The notes under the pieces: generated by a model | What the model saw: the letters and a program-made list of their open reading frames with translations, nothing else | Database searches by the model: none | What the model was told of the DNA's origin: nothing | In this document: in pieces, positions 19,301 to 32,252 of the stretch | Layout: the number at the start of each line of letters is the position of its first letter | Position numbering within the stretch: position 1 is the stretch's first letter | Assembly (NCBI GenBank): GCA_032250835.1 | Contig: JAVVEA010000006.1 | Location: 86,049-150,048, forward strand | Length of the DNA: 64,000 nucleotides | Direction of reading: 5' to 3' | Source of the DNA: a bacterium | GTDB taxonomy: Bacteria > SAR324 > XYD2-FULL-50-16 | Program-made: the position numbers and the translations under genes

Positions 19301-20730
19301 AAGGAATTGGCCCCCTGCATTTGGCCGCGTACCACTAGGCTTTCTTCGTAACAATGTTTGCTGCCCTCTTGGTCGCCTTGATCGTACAACAATTTGCCTA
19401 GATCATCGAGCAACGCCAATTGGCCGCTAAAGTCTTTTAGTTGTTTTTTGACCCCCAGATGGTTCTGGAAACACTGGGCCAGCGCCTTGCCGTCGCCTTG
19501 CTGCTTATAGGCCCGCTCCAGCGTTTCATAGGTCTGGTCCATGCGGATCCAGTCTTCTTGGGTTTGGTAGCTGCTGAGGGCGGTCAACAAAAAGGGGACT
19601 GCTTGGTCTTCACGGCCCAAGTCGGCGTAGGTGTAGATGCGTTCTTCTAAGAGCGGCAGGTAGTCAGGATCTTTTTTAGGCACCACCGCGCCAAAGATGG
19701 ATTGCCACAGTTTCAGGTCTTGTTTGAGTTGTCCTTGGGCCACAAAGGCCCTTGACGCTAGCTGGACAAATTGCAGGATCAAAGGCTTGTCCTTCGATTT
19801 GCGCCCGTCTTGTTCTAGCCAGCCCAAGGCCAACTTGGCGCACTCGGCGTAGTTTTCGCTGTCCATCGCCTTTTGGGCCGCTTTGAGTTGCAAACTCGCC
19901 AAGTCGGCTTCGTCGGCTTTGGCCTCTGCTTCTAGGGCCCCAAAATCGAGGGTTTCGCTAGACGCTAAGGGGACCCCCTGGGCCGGTTGGGTGTCCTTTT
20001 GGGGGCGGCGCGGCTTGGGCTTGATCTTCTTGCCTGCGGTTTTGGGGGCTTCGGCCTGGGCTTCGTCGTCGAAGAGATTGCCCAAAGGTTCGGCGGGGAT
20101 TTTGTCTAGGAGTTGGTTGTCCTCCTGGTCTTTGCCCCGTTTGTTTTCGTGTAATTTGACCTGGGCCGGATCGTCGTTCGGTTCGCGGTCCTTTTCCTCG
20201 GCTGCTTGCGGCGGTCCAGAGGGGAGGTAGGGATTACGCGGCGGGGCCGCTGTCCGGGGTTTGTTCGAGAGCTTGACCACCACTTCCTGGTTGGGCTCGT
20301 CTAGCGCCGGGGCAGGCTTCTGGGCCGGGCGTTCCTCGCGCTGCTGGGCCGACTGGTCTAAATTTTGTTGGAATCGGCTGAATACGTTGGGATCGATTTC
20401 GGCCGGTTGGTCTTCGGGAATCTGCTCTGGGGCGGGAGCCGGGGCTTTGCGGACCACGGCTTTTTGCCGTGATGCCGTCTCGGCCTGCATGCTTTTGAGC
20501 AGAGCAGCGGCCCGTTTGGGGTCGGCTAGGTTGACGGGTTTTTGCCTAGGCTGGGCTGGGCGGTTGCCTGGAACCGGTTTGATGCGTTTGGCTAAAAAAG
20601 CCAACTGAGCAACCAGCAACAAGAGCAAAAGCGACAAGCCCGCAGCCGTCTCCAAGGCGAAACTATAAAAAAACAGCCCCACCAAGAGGGAAAAGAGCAG
20701 GATTTGGGCAAGTAGGGTCAAAAGCTTCAT
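19297..20730 (-). CDS. Membrane-anchored protein with Pro/Gln-rich linker and C-terminal TPR-like helices
   Basis: Two N-terminal TM helices, low-complexity linker, helical repeats (LDDLGKLLYDQGDQEGSKHCYEESL). Confidence 0.65.
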   Translation of the reverse strand: MKLLTLLAQILLFSLLVGLFFYSFALETAAGLSLLLLLLVAQLAFLAKRIKPVPGNRPAQPRQKPVNLADPKRAAALLKSMQAETASRQKAVVRKAPAPAPEQIPEDQPAEIDPNVFSRFQQNLDQSAQQREERPAQKPAPALDEPNQEVVVKLSNKPRTAAPPRNPYLPSGPPQAAEEKDREPNDDPAQVKLHENKRGKDQEDNQLLDKIPAEPLGNLFDDEAQAEAPKTAGKKIKPKPRRPQKDTQPAQGVPLASSETLDFGALEAEAKADEADLASLQLKAAQKAMDSENYAECAKLALGWLEQDGRKSKDKPLILQFVQLASRAFVAQGQLKQDLKLWQSIFGAVVPKKDPDYLPLLEERIYTYADLGREDQAVPFLLTALSSYQTQEDWIRMDQTYETLERAYKQQGDGKALAQCFQNHLGVKKQLKDFSGQLALLDDLGKLLYDQGDQEGSKHCYEESLVVRGQMQGANSL

Positions 20731-21228
20731 CTAGTTGATCCGTTGGGCCTCAAGGTCAACCACTTTCTGGTTGGTGTCGCGCAGTCGCCCGGCCAGCACG
20801 TTCGCAAAGTTACGGAAGAGCCGGTAGCTTAAAAAGGCATACTTGGGGTTGCGGGAGATTTTTTCTAGTTTTTCGGTGCTGATCGAAAAGACCAGCGAAT
20901 TGGCCGTTGCTCTGGCCGTCGCCGAACGGGGGCGGTGGTCGATCAAGCCCAACTCGCCGAAGCAGTCGCCGGGGATTAACTTGGCGATCACCGTCTCATG
21001 GACCGTGCCTTCATGTCGGTTGACGCGTTTGGTGATGTCGATTCCGCCCGAAAAAAGGATATACATTTTGTCACCCTGGTCATACTCGCGGAAGACGATC
21101 TTGCCCAGGGGCACATGTTCGGCCTGCATGAGGCGCAAAAAGGCAAGCATCTCTTCCTCGGAGAAGTCATGGAAAAACTGGATCTCCGACTTGAGCCGGA
21201 GAAAGATGTCCTTGCGGATCGAAACCAT
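20731..21228 (-). CDS. Cyclic nucleotide-binding domain protein
   Basis: FREYDQGDKMYIL, GDCFGELGLIDHRPRSATARA. Confidence 0.9.
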   Translation of the reverse strand: MVSIRKDIFLRLKSEIQFFHDFSEEEMLAFLRLMQAEHVPLGKIVFREYDQGDKMYILFSGGIDITKRVNRHEGTVHETVIAKLIPGDCFGELGLIDHRPRSATARATANSLVFSISTEKLEKISRNPKYAFLSYRLFRNFANVLAGRLRDTNQKVVDLEAQRIN

Positions 21229-21324
21229 CGACGAATCCTGGGTGTAGGGATACCTTACTCAGTTCGCATTATGGTACGAATTGCCTTAAAAGTAAAATTG
21301 GGAATTCAAGATTTCTTCGGTGGG

Positions 21325-21354
21325 AACAGAAGCCCCCCAAGGGAGGCTTCTGTT
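21325..21354 (-). terminator. Stem-loop terminator after the DUF2892 gene
   Basis: AACAGAAGCCCCCC-aa-GGGAGGCTTCTGTT inverted repeat. Confidence 0.6.
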
Positions 21355-21363
21355 TGAAATCCT

Positions 21364-21567
21364 TTAGGCTTCTGCGCTGCCTTCTTCGGATGAGCGGGTA
21401 GACATGCCCAAGGGAAGGTACAAGGGGCAAATGCTGATCGCCGCAGTACCCAAGGGGATCAGTGCGATCAAGCCGAACCAGCTTTGGTAAACCACGCCAG
21501 CCGCGGCGATAGCGATTCCGATGATCAGACGAAGGACGCGGTCGATACCGCCCATATTTTTCTTCAT
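21364..21567 (-). CDS. DUF2892 (YgaP-like) membrane protein
   Basis: MKKNMGGIDRVLR...CPLYLPLGMST. Confidence 0.9.
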   Translation of the reverse strand: MKKNMGGIDRVLRLIIGIAIAAAGVVYQSWFGLIALIPLGTAAISICPLYLPLGMSTRSSEEGSAEA

Positions 21568-21656
21568 GACGACTCCTGTTGTTTGCGAGGGCTATTCCAA
21601 AGTGGAATGTTTTTATCCTATCTGAAAACAGCCTACCGGTTCAAGTAAAAGTTCAC

Positions 21657-21671
21657 GGTGACATAGTCACC
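21657..21671. promoter_or_regulatory. Palindromic operator, probably for the adjacent Crp/Fnr regulator
   Basis: GGTGAC-ata-GTCACC about 90 nt upstream of the DUF2892 start. Confidence 0.5.
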
Positions 21672-21693
21672 AAGAGCTTCTATTTATTTATCT

Positions 21694-22329
21694 CTAGGGC
21701 TCTAAAAGCTTCAATTGCCCGCGCCCTAAGGATACACGACCTTTGTGCTCGAAGTCCTTTAAAATGCGGCTAACCACTTCGCGGCTGCTGCCTAATTCGA
21801 CGGCAATCTGTTGGTGGGTCAAAAAGACTTCGCCGGCCTCATCGGCCCGCTCTTCGATCAACTCCATAATCCGCTCGTCCATACGGCGGAAGGCCACCTC
21901 GTCCACGGTGGTGATCACCGAGGCGAGCAATTGGGTCATCAGGGCGTAGGCGAACTTGCGGATTGGAGCGTAGTTTTCCATCCAATGATGGAACTGTGGT
22001 GCCGGGACCACCAGGGCGCTGATCTCTTCTTCTACCTGAGCGATGGCGGGGATCGCCGACTGGCTCATGAGGCTGCTGATCGAAAGGATGCAGCTCTCAC
22101 CGGGGCGGATGCGGTAGAGGGTCATCTCCCGCCCGTTTTCTCCTAAAGTGAAGACCCGAATTTCGCCTTGCAGTAAAAAGGGGATGATGCGGCAGGGGTC
22201 CCCGGCCTCGAAGATCACTTGGCCTTTGGGCAGACGCGCGATTTGGGGGCGGTTGGGGCGGTCCGTCTCGATCTCTGATTTAAGCGAGGTCAAGAAGGGA
22301 AATAAGCGGTAAAGTTGATCGTCAGGCAT
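21694..22329 (-). CDS. Crp/Fnr family transcriptional regulator
   Basis: GREMTLYRIRPGESCILS; HTH THQQIAVELGSSREVVSRILK. Confidence 0.92.
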   Translation of the reverse strand: MPDDQLYRLFPFLTSLKSEIETDRPNRPQIARLPKGQVIFEAGDPCRIIPFLLQGEIRVFTLGENGREMTLYRIRPGESCILSISSLMSQSAIPAIAQVEEEISALVVPAPQFHHWMENYAPIRKFAYALMTQLLASVITTVDEVAFRRMDERIMELIEERADEAGEVFLTHQQIAVELGSSREVVSRILKDFEHKGRVSLGRGQLKLLEP

Positions 22330-22481
22330 AATATAAGACTCCGGTTGGCCCTTTATTACCGCATTTTGGCCTCTGCTGGCAAGAATCTTTGTGCCCGCGC
22401 CCATTGCTAAGGCAGTTGAAATTGGCTAGGATAGCCAGACTAAAACTTTAAACTTTGAAACCACCTGTGCCCGTAATGCCC

Positions 22482-24562
<2,081 letters not shown>

Positions 24563-24563
24563 C

Positions 24564-25163
24564 GTGAAGCTGTTAGTGCTCAGCCAGCCTGAGTGGATCG
24601 ATGGGGAAAGCGAGATTTTGAGCCACCTTTTGAGCCTGCCCGGCTTTGAGTTGCTCTTGCGTAAGCCCGAGGCCAGCGAGGCACAGCAATCAGCGTTGAT
24701 CGAGGCGCTCGACCCGAAGCATTACCCACGTCTTTGGCTGCGGGGTGCGCCTATCTTGACGCTGGAATATGGCTTGGCGGGGCACCATTTTCCGCAAAAC
24801 CAACGGCCCCAAGCGGTATGCTGGCGGCGGCGTTTGCGCAAGGCAGGCTGCCGCTTGAGTACTGGGGTGCATGATCCGCGTGAGTTGGTCCAGCTCGAAG
24901 GTTATGACCGGGCGCTGTTTAGCCCTGTTTTTGATTCGATCAGCAAGCCCGGCCACCGGCCTAACTATAAGCCAGCCGAATTAGAGGCCGGGCTGCGCAA
25001 GCTTCCCTTTGAGGTTTTTGGGATGGGTGGAGTGCGGGCCGATAAATTGGGGCAACTGAAATCCAAGGGCTTTAAGGGCGCGGCAATACTCGGAGCCCTC
25101 TGGGAGGCTACCGACGCCTTTGAGGCATTAAAACAAATCATCAAACAAGCACAGACCCCGTGA
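24564..25163 (+). CDS. thiE: Thiamine phosphate synthase-like (ThiE/TenI family)
   Basis: [30 protein letters not shown]; lies within the thi operon; GTG start. Confidence 0.7.
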   Translation: MKLLVLSQPEWIDGESEILSHLLSLPGFELLLRKPEASEAQQSALIEALDPKHYPRLWLRGAPILTLEYGLAGHHFPQNQRPQAVCWRRRLRKAGCRLSTGVHDPRELVQLEGYDRALFSPVFDSISKPGHRPNYKPAELEAGLRKLPFEVFGMGGVRADKLGQLKSKGFKGAAILGALWEATDAFEALKQIIKQAQTP

Positions 25164-25942
25164 GCCAAGATTTTTTGAACATTGCAGGACGTGAATTCAC
25201 TTCCCGCCTCTTTTTGGGTACTGGGAAGTTTTCGGGCAATCAGGCGATGGCCAGCGCGATTGCCGCTTCGGGCAGCCAACTGGTGACCTTGGCGCTCAAA
25301 CGCTTCGACCCCGAAAATCCTGGCGACCAGATGGTTGCCCATGTCCGCCAAGAAGGGGTTCACCTGTTGCCCAATACCTCCGGGGTGCGCGACGCGGCCG
25401 AGGCGGTCTTGGCTGCCCAGTTGGCTCGTGAGGCTTTAGAAACCAATTGGGTCAAGTTGGAAATCCACCCAGACCCACGTTATCTGTTGCCGGATCACAA
25501 AGAGACCTTATTGGCCACCGAGCAGTTGGCCAAGTTGGGGTTTGTGGTTTTGCCCTACATCAACGCCGACCCGGTCTTTTGTAAGCAGTTGGAGTCTGCC
25601 GGGGCGGCCGCCGTGATGCCCTTGGCCGCACCGATTGGCTCGAATCGGGGTTTGGCTACCCTGGCGATGCTCGAAATCATCATCAAAGAATCGAAGCTTC
25701 CGGTGGTCATCGACGCCGGGTTGGGCGCGCCGAGCCATGCGGCGGCGGCCATGGAGTTGGGGGCCGATGCGGTATTGGTCAATACGGCGATTGCCGTAGC
25801 CGAAGACCCGATCTTGATGGCCCAGGCCTTTAAATTGGCTGTAGAAGCCGGACGGATGGGCTATCTGGCCAAACTGGGGGCGGTCAGTGAACTGGCCCAA
25901 GCTTCTAGCCCCTTGACGGCCTTTTTGCAGGGGACCCCGTGA
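25160..25942 (+). CDS. thiG: Thiazole synthase
   Basis: [42 protein letters not shown]. Confidence 0.97.
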   Translation: MSQDFLNIAGREFTSRLFLGTGKFSGNQAMASAIAASGSQLVTLALKRFDPENPGDQMVAHVRQEGVHLLPNTSGVRDAAEAVLAAQLAREALETNWVKLEIHPDPRYLLPDHKETLLATEQLAKLGFVVLPYINADPVFCKQLESAGAAAVMPLAAPIGSNRGLATLAMLEIIIKESKLPVVIDAGLGAPSHAAAAMELGADAVLVNTAIAVAEDPILMAQAFKLAVEAGRMGYLAKLGAVSELAQASSPLTAFLQGTP

Positions 25943-27084
25943 ACATGGGCACCAAACCGGCCAGTTTTACCGAGGTTTTCAGAAAAACCGACTGGGCCCA
26001 AACCAAAGCAATGATCGAGGCTTGCGGTCCTCGCGAGGTGGAACGGGCCTTGAGCCGCGCCGGAGCGGGCCGACCCGAAGACTTCGCCGCGCTGATCAGC
26101 CCCGCCGCCGCGCCCTATTTAGAGCAAATGGCCCAATTGAGCCAGTCCTTAACCCGCAAACGCTTTGGCAAGTGCGTGCAACTCTATGCGCCGCTCTATT
26201 TAAGCAATGAATGCCTCAATAGCTGTACTTACTGTGGTTTTTCTCGGGAGGTTCAAATCCCTCGGGTCCGCTTGAACGAAGAGGCCGTCTTAAAAGAAGT
26301 GGCAGTCTTAAAAGAGATGGGCATCGAGCATATCTTGCTGGTGACCGGAGATTTTTCCGACAAAGTAGGCGTTGAATACCTTAGCCAAGCCATCGACTGG
26401 GTCCGTCCTCACTTTGCCCAGGTCAGCATGGAGGTTCAGCCGCTGGCCGAAGAGGTCTACCGGGAGTTAGCCGAACGAGGCTTGCATGGGGTAATGGTCT
26501 ACCAAGAAACCTACGGACCCCGCTACGCCGAGTTCCACCCCCGGGGCAGCAAAAAAGACTTTTTCTGGCGTCTGGAGACACCCGACCGGTTGGGGCGCGC
26601 GGGTATCCATAAAATCGGTTTGGGCGCGCTGTTGGGGCTCGACGACTGGCGGGCGGATAGTTATTTTGTGGCTTTGCACCTGATCTATTTGGAACGCCAA
26701 TATTGGCAGAGCAAGTTTTCCTTGTCCTTTCCCCGGCTGCGTCCTGCCCAAGGCGGCTTCCAACCGGCGATGCCGATGAGTGATAAGGAATTGGTGCAGT
26801 TGGTACTGGCTTACCGCATTTTCAACGAAAACTTAGAGCTGTCTCTTTCGACCCGAGAATCCAGCGCGCTACGGAACGGCCTGATCCCCTTGGGGATCAC
26901 CAGCATCAGCGCCGGAAGCCGGACCGAACCGGGCGGCTACGCCAACCCCAAGGCGGAGTTGGAACAATTTGAAATTGACGACGACCGCAGTCCGGAGCAG
27001 ATGCGCCGGGCGATGGCCCAAATGGGGCTAGAAACGGTCAACCGGGACTGGGACCCCCGCTTTGGTCTGAACCTCAATCCTTAA
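25939..27084 (+). CDS. thiH: 2-iminoacetate synthase (radical SAM tyrosine lyase)
   Basis: [39 protein letters not shown]. Confidence 0.95.
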   Translation: MNMGTKPASFTEVFRKTDWAQTKAMIEACGPREVERALSRAGAGRPEDFAALISPAAAPYLEQMAQLSQSLTRKRFGKCVQLYAPLYLSNECLNSCTYCGFSREVQIPRVRLNEEAVLKEVAVLKEMGIEHILLVTGDFSDKVGVEYLSQAIDWVRPHFAQVSMEVQPLAEEVYRELAERGLHGVMVYQETYGPRYAEFHPRGSKKDFFWRLETPDRLGRAGIHKIGLGALLGLDDWRADSYFVALHLIYLERQYWQSKFSLSFPRLRPAQGGFQPAMPMSDKELVQLVLAYRIFNENLELSLSTRESSALRNGLIPLGITSISAGSRTEPGGYANPKAELEQFEIDDDRSPEQMRRAMAQMGLETVNRDWDPRFGLNLNP

Positions 27085-27090
27085 GGCTAG

Positions 27091-27888
27091 ATGCCCAAAA
27101 AGACGCTGATTCACCCGATGGCCTTGGTAGATAAAAAGGCCGAATTAGGAAAAGATGTTGAAATTGGCCCCTTTAGCGTCATCGGCCCCGATGTGGTGAT
27201 TGGGGACGGCACGGTGGTTGGCAATCATGTGACGGTCCAGGGGCGCACGACGATCGGCAAAAAAAATCGGATCGGTGCCTACACCAGTATCGGGATGCCC
27301 GCCCAGGACAAGGAACACTGGCCCGACGATTGTCTGGTGGAAATCGGGGATGAAAACGACATCCGCGAATACGTATCGGTGCACCGGGGCACCTTCAAAC
27401 ACGACGAGCCCGGTGTGACCCGCATCGGCAACAAAAACCAGATCATGGTTTATTCCCACTTCGCCCATGATACCGAAGTGGGCAGTTATTGCATGATGGC
27501 CAACGCCACCACCTTAGGCGGCCACGTGCGTTTTGGTTCTTATGTGGTGACCGGCGGCCTTTCGGCTTACCATCAGTTTACCCGAGTGGGCGACTATGCT
27601 ATGGTCGGCGGTATGTCAGCCTGTTTCCAAGATGTTCCCCCTTACTGTGTTTGTTCGGGGCCGAGGGGGCATATCTACGGGATCAACCGCGTTGGGCTTC
27701 AGCGCAATGGCTTTAGCGGCGAAGAGGTGGAGCAGGTCCAGCGCCTGTTTGATCAATATTTTAAGAGTGGAAAGGTCCCTAGTCAGGCCTTTAAGGCGAT
27801 TGAAGCGGCCAGTGACGGGTCTTTGTTGATGACCAGATTTATTGAGTTTATTCGTAATTCCAAGCGGGGCATCGCCTCAAAGGGATAA
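27091..27888 (+). CDS. lpxA: Acyl-ACP--UDP-GlcNAc O-acyltransferase
   Basis: Hexapeptide repeats, IREYVSVHRGT, HFAHD, LGGHV, HQFTRVG, DVPPY. Confidence 0.93.
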   Translation: MPKKTLIHPMALVDKKAELGKDVEIGPFSVIGPDVVIGDGTVVGNHVTVQGRTTIGKKNRIGAYTSIGMPAQDKEHWPDDCLVEIGDENDIREYVSVHRGTFKHDEPGVTRIGNKNQIMVYSHFAHDTEVGSYCMMANATTLGGHVRFGSYVVTGGLSAYHQFTRVGDYAMVGGMSACFQDVPPYCVCSGPRGHIYGINRVGLQRNGFSGEEVEQVQRLFDQYFKSGKVPSQAFKAIEAASDGSLLMTRFIEFIRNSKRGIASKG

Positions 27889-27908
27889 TCCAGCCACCGG
27901 GGGCAAGG

Positions 27909-29975
27909 ATGGACCATCCAGAGTTGGCGTTGAAGGCGCTGCTCGCGTCGCGGCCCTTTGGGCAAGCCGACGCACAACTGCTTGAGGCGCTGCTGCGGCT
28001 CTGCAGTGAAGCCTCATTCCAGTCGGGCCAACAGGTGCTCGAACATGGCATCCGCAACGATCGGATTTATTTGATCGTCAAAGGCCGTGCCTCGGTCTTG
28101 GTTGACGGCGAAGAGATCCTCACCTTAAGCCCCGGCGAGTTGATTGGCGAAATGAGCGTGATCAGCGGTGGCCCCACCACCGCCGAAGTGGTCGCGCTCG
28201 GTCCGCTACAGATCCTCTGGTTCACCGAAGCGCAGATTAGAGACAGCGGCAGGCAAGACCTACAACACTTGCTGGACCGCGTCTTTTTGCGGATCTTAAC
28301 GGACAAGTTGATCCGCACTACCTCCAAGGCCCAACAGTATGAAGGGGCCCGCAAGGAACTGAACCGCTCCCAAGCGGCACTCAAGCAAAATGAATCTAAC
28401 CTGCAAGCCCAGCGGGACATTCTCGACTCGGTCTTGCGTAGCCTCAACGAAGGGGTGGTGGTGTTGGACCCGGCCCAGGGGTTGCTGCATGTCAACGCCG
28501 GGTTTTTACGGCTCATGGGCCGTGAATTTGTGCCTACCGATCTCTTCTCTTGGCCCGAGGAATTGGGCCTCTACCTGCCTGACGGCAAGACGCTGATCCC
28601 TGCGGTAAGTTTGCCGATGGTGACGGCGCTACGCGGGGAGATGGTGGAAAACTTAGAAATTTTTGTCCAAAACGAACAGCTCCCCGAAGGCCGCTGGCTC
28701 TTGGCTAGTAGTCGCCCGTTACGTACCGGGCATGACCCTAAAGTGCGCGGATCGGTGGTCACTTTTTTTGACTACACCCAAAAAAAGGCCGAAGAAGAAG
28801 CGCTGCGCCGGGCCAAGGAACTCGCCGAGGCCCAAGCCAGGGCGCAGGCCAACTTTTTGAGCATGATCACCCATGAGTTGGGCACGCCCCTCAATGCGGT
28901 GATCGGCATGACCGACCTTTTGTTGCAGCGCGACCAAATTGCCGAAGACGTCGAAGATGCGCTGTTGACCATCAAAGACAGCGGCGAAGGGCTCTTGACC
29001 ATGATCCGCAACCTGTTGGAGTTCCAACAAATCGAGGCCGGGAAGGTGCAACTGCGTCGCGAGTTAGTGGGGTTGCGGCGGTTCTTGGAGTCTAGCGCAG
29101 AGTTGATCCGGCCAGCGCTGCGCGAAAAGGGTCTGGAGCTTCGCCTGGAACTAGACGAGGGCGACTTGGGAGCTTTGAACCTGGACCGCCGCCGTTTTGG
29201 CTTGGTGCTGTTTAACCTGCTGGGCAACGCCCTAAAATTTACCCACCAGGGGGCGGTCACCTTGGGTTGCCGCCGTGAAGGGGAGGAAGTCCATATCTGG
29301 GTTGCCGATACGGGCATTGGGATCACCCCGGAGGCTCAAAAACAACTTTTCCAGCCCTTCACACAGGCTCAATCTGGGCTGGCGCGCAAGTATCCGGGCT
29401 TGGGGCTGGGGTTGATCTTGGTGCGGATGATGACCCGCGCCATGGGCGGCGAGGTGGAACTGCAAAGCCAAGCGGGCCAAGGCACCCAGGTGACCTTAAA
29501 GCTGCGCGGGGACTGGTCCGAAGACCGTAGTGAGATCAAGAAGGAAGCGGCCAATGCCCTAAAGATTGGGCTCGAATTTGCCCAGCGCTACCCGGCCCGA
29601 ATCTTGGTGGCCGAAGACAACCGGGGTAACGCCAAGTTGGTCTTGCGGGTTTTGGAATTGTTGGGTTATCCGCACGATTGGGCCCAAGACGGCAAGGAAG
29701 CCCTGGAAATGGCGCGCCAGGGGAACTATCAGTTGATCTTAATGGATATCCAGATGCCCGAGATGGACGGCTTAGAGGCAACTGAGGCGATTTTGCGGGA
29801 GTTAGGCGAGGCGGCTCCGCGCATTTTGGCGCTGACCGCCAACAGTGAAGACCAAGTGCGCGAGCGTTGTTTTGATCTAGGGATGGTTGGCTACCTAACC
29901 AAACCCCTACGGATCGAGCAGTTGGCCGAACACTTGATCTGCTTCTTCGCCCCGCCGCAAGCTGAGGAACTTTAA
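27909..29975 (+). CDS. Hybrid sensor histidine kinase (cNMP-binding, PAS, HisKA, HATPase, receiver)
   Basis: GELIGEMS; THELGTPLN; NLLGNALKFT; DTGIGI; GLGLGL; AEDN/MDIQMP/TKP. Confidence 0.92.
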   Translation: MDHPELALKALLASRPFGQADAQLLEALLRLCSEASFQSGQQVLEHGIRNDRIYLIVKGRASVLVDGEEILTLSPGELIGEMSVISGGPTTAEVVALGPLQILWFTEAQIRDSGRQDLQHLLDRVFLRILTDKLIRTTSKAQQYEGARKELNRSQAALKQNESNLQAQRDILDSVLRSLNEGVVVLDPAQGLLHVNAGFLRLMGREFVPTDLFSWPEELGLYLPDGKTLIPAVSLPMVTALRGEMVENLEIFVQNEQLPEGRWLLASSRPLRTGHDPKVRGSVVTFFDYTQKKAEEEALRRAKELAEAQARAQANFLSMITHELGTPLNAVIGMTDLLLQRDQIAEDVEDALLTIKDSGEGLLTMIRNLLEFQQIEAGKVQLRRELVGLRRFLESSAELIRPALREKGLELRLELDEGDLGALNLDRRRFGLVLFNLLGNALKFTHQGAVTLGCRREGEEVHIWVADTGIGITPEAQKQLFQPFTQAQSGLARKYPGLGLGLILVRMMTRAMGGEVELQSQAGQGTQVTLKLRGDWSEDRSEIKKEAANALKIGLEFAQRYPARILVAEDNRGNAKLVLRVLELLGYPHDWAQDGKEALEMARQGNYQLILMDIQMPEMDGLEATEAILRELGEAAPRILALTANSEDQVRERCFDLGMVGYLTKPLRIEQLAEHLICFFAPPQAEEL

Positions 29976-30784
29976 GTGCTTAGTTCCTGGCGCAGGATCT
30001 CTAAGATTTCCACTACGCCCCCTGCTTGGGGTTCTTTAACTTGGTAGCGGGCCACTTCGGCTAAGGATTTGTGCCCATTGCCGACGCGGATGCCTAACCC
30101 GAAAAGCCGTAACATATCAAAGTCGTTTTCTTGATCGCCTACGGTGACCACCTTCTGGGGGTCTAATTCCAGCGCTTGGATCAACTTCAGCAGCGCCAAG
30201 CCCTTGCTGGTCTTACCGTTGACCATTTCTAGGTAATAGGGCTGGCTTTGGAACAGCTTGGCTGGGGCCCGGTTGCCCAAGATGGCCAATAGCTTGGTCT
30301 TAAACTCCATCAGCCGCAATTCGGGCCCAAAGAAAACGATCTTGATCGGATCGTCTAACAAGGCGGCCTTGATGTTTTCGCAGACCTCCCCAGCGGCAAA
30401 GTGGGTCCCCTCGTGGGGCCAGACGGTTGCATTGGATTTGAGCACCTCCCCGCCTAACATATGCGCCTTGGCGGAGATGTCTGGGTATAGGTCCAATAAC
30501 ATCATAGCGATCAATGCGGATTCCAGCGGCACCCCGGCGATCACCTCCCGTTCGCCCGTTTCAGGGTTGTCGAAGACCGCGCCATTGGAAAAAACCATTG
30601 GCTCGATGATGCCCAAGCGCTCTAAAAAAGGTTCGGCACTGCCGTAGCCCCGTCCGGTGGCCACACTGACCCGCAGCCCCAATTCTCGAAGCCCGTGGAC
30701 TGCTCCAATAGTCTCTTCGGTGAGTTCGAAATTAGAGTCCAGCAGGGTTCCGTCGAGGTCAAAGACCACCATCTCGTATTTCAT
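29972..30784 (-). CDS. Cof-type HAD hydrolase
   Basis: [24 protein letters not shown]. Confidence 0.92.
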   Translation of the reverse strand: MKYEMVVFDLDGTLLDSNFELTEETIGAVHGLRELGLRVSVATGRGYGSAEPFLERLGIIEPMVFSNGAVFDNPETGEREVIAGVPLESALIAMMLLDLYPDISAKAHMLGGEVLKSNATVWPHEGTHFAAGEVCENIKAALLDDPIKIVFFGPELRLMEFKTKLLAILGNRAPAKLFQSQPYYLEMVNGKTSKGLALLKLIQALELDPQKVVTVGDQENDFDMLRLFGLGIRVGNGHKSLAEVARYQVKEPQAGGVVEILEILRQELST

Positions 30785-31386
30785 GGCTTACCTGACTGGT
30801 AAATCGCCGGATTCAGCCGGGGGTCGTTGTACATCTTAAACTGGCGGTAGAGCTTAAACTGACGGGTGCCCGCCTGGATGTCGCGGACCAGTTGCCGCAA
30901 ACAAGACAATAGGTCGGCTCGTTGCAGCGTTAAGATGGCTACCTTCTGGACTGCTTGGTCGCGGTGCTCTTGTTCCACTTCAGTCCGCTGGGTCTGTTCG
31001 GCCATGTGGTAGATTTTTAAGGAAAGGATCGAGCACCGGTCAATCATGCTGCCCGGCGTTTCGGAGTTGAGCGGGGCCTGATTGGGCAACCGAACTCCTT
31101 GCTCCGCTAGGGCTTCTAAGATGGCTTCGTCGAGGCGCTCGATCAGGTCGTTGCGCCGTTGGTTGTGCCCATCAATGTTGCGTTTAACCTGGGCAATGGC
31201 GCTGTCCGGGGCCTTGGGATCGCGGGCTAGGTCTTCTTGGTGCCAGAGGCTAAAGTTTTCTAGATGTTGGCGCGCCACCAGGCCCAGAAAATCGTCGCTC
31301 AAGGCGGCGGGTTCTGCTTGGTGCCACTGGGCTACCAGTTGCGTCTGGAGTTCGTCGATTTGGTCTAATTGGTCCAGCATAATCAC
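30781..31386 (-). CDS. DUF4254-like protein
   Basis: [54 protein letters not shown]. Confidence 0.8.
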   Translation of the reverse strand: MIMLDQLDQIDELQTQLVAQWHQAEPAALSDDFLGLVARQHLENFSLWHQEDLARDPKAPDSAIAQVKRNIDGHNQRRNDLIERLDEAILEALAEQGVRLPNQAPLNSETPGSMIDRCSILSLKIYHMAEQTQRTEVEQEHRDQAVQKVAILTLQRADLLSCLRQLVRDIQAGTRQFKLYRQFKMYNDPRLNPAIYQSGKP

Positions 31387-31546
31387 TTGGGGTTGTATGT
31401 TTGCCTTGAGCCTAGTAAAGCCCCGCCACTTGGGCCAGCAAAAAATCCAGCCCTTTAGGCTCCAGCTTTGGCGTCATTCTTGTATCTCCATGGGGATAAC
31501 AAGTGGGTTTTGGCCCCTTTTGTAGAACCAGTTCAGGAGAACCCGC

Positions 31547-32107
31547 ATGGGAAACCAATTCAAACAGCTTTTAATCACCGCCCTGCTAGTCTTGGGTTTG
31601 GCGGCTCCTGCCTCGGCGGATATGATGGGCGTCTATGCCGATATTCCGCTTAGCCACAGCTTAAACGGAACGCAGTCTGATGGCAGCACCATTGAATCGG
31701 ACGGAGCCCCTTCGGGTTATATGCTGGGCCTGACCTTGCCCTTTTTTATGGGCCTAGGTTACGAGGCTTATAATACGGGCATCAAGGACGATTTAATCTC
31801 GGATATCCAGTTGGAAACCAAGATGTACAACCTCTTCCTAGACATCCCCTTCCCCATGTTAAACTTGGTGGTTGGCGTAGGTGCTGGCAAACACAACATC
31901 ACTTGCACCGGCTGCGAAGGGGCTTTTAACGAAGGAAATGCCAGCCAAACCTTCGTCAACCTCGGTTGGCCTGTCGTGTTGGGTCTTTTTGATGTCCATT
32001 TGGGCTACCATATGGTCAAGGGCAAGATTGCCTATAGTGCCGATACGTCCCAGGAAATCGATACTCAGGGTACCGTAACCAGCTTGGGTGTTAAATTCGG
32101 CTTTTAG
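31547..32107 (+). CDS. Small outer-membrane beta-barrel protein
   Basis: Signal peptide (ASA), amphipathic strands, CxxC loop, C-terminal LGVKFGF; GGAG SD. Confidence 0.75.
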   Translation: MGNQFKQLLITALLVLGLAAPASADMMGVYADIPLSHSLNGTQSDGSTIESDGAPSGYMLGLTLPFFMGLGYEAYNTGIKDDLISDIQLETKMYNLFLDIPFPMLNLVVGVGAGKHNITCTGCEGAFNEGNASQTFVNLGWPVVLGLFDVHLGYHMVKGKIAYSADTSQEIDTQGTVTSLGVKFGF

Positions 32108-32252
32108 GGCTCCTTTTTTTGCGGGTTGACGGCCCAAAGGGTCGCTCAATCCGTCCCCCCTCCGCGCGGTTTTGGCCTCTACTCGGATGATTCTAGGGGT
32201 ACCAGAAGGGTTCCAGTTTCTCTAACCAGAACCTAATCTAAAGAGAGCTTCC

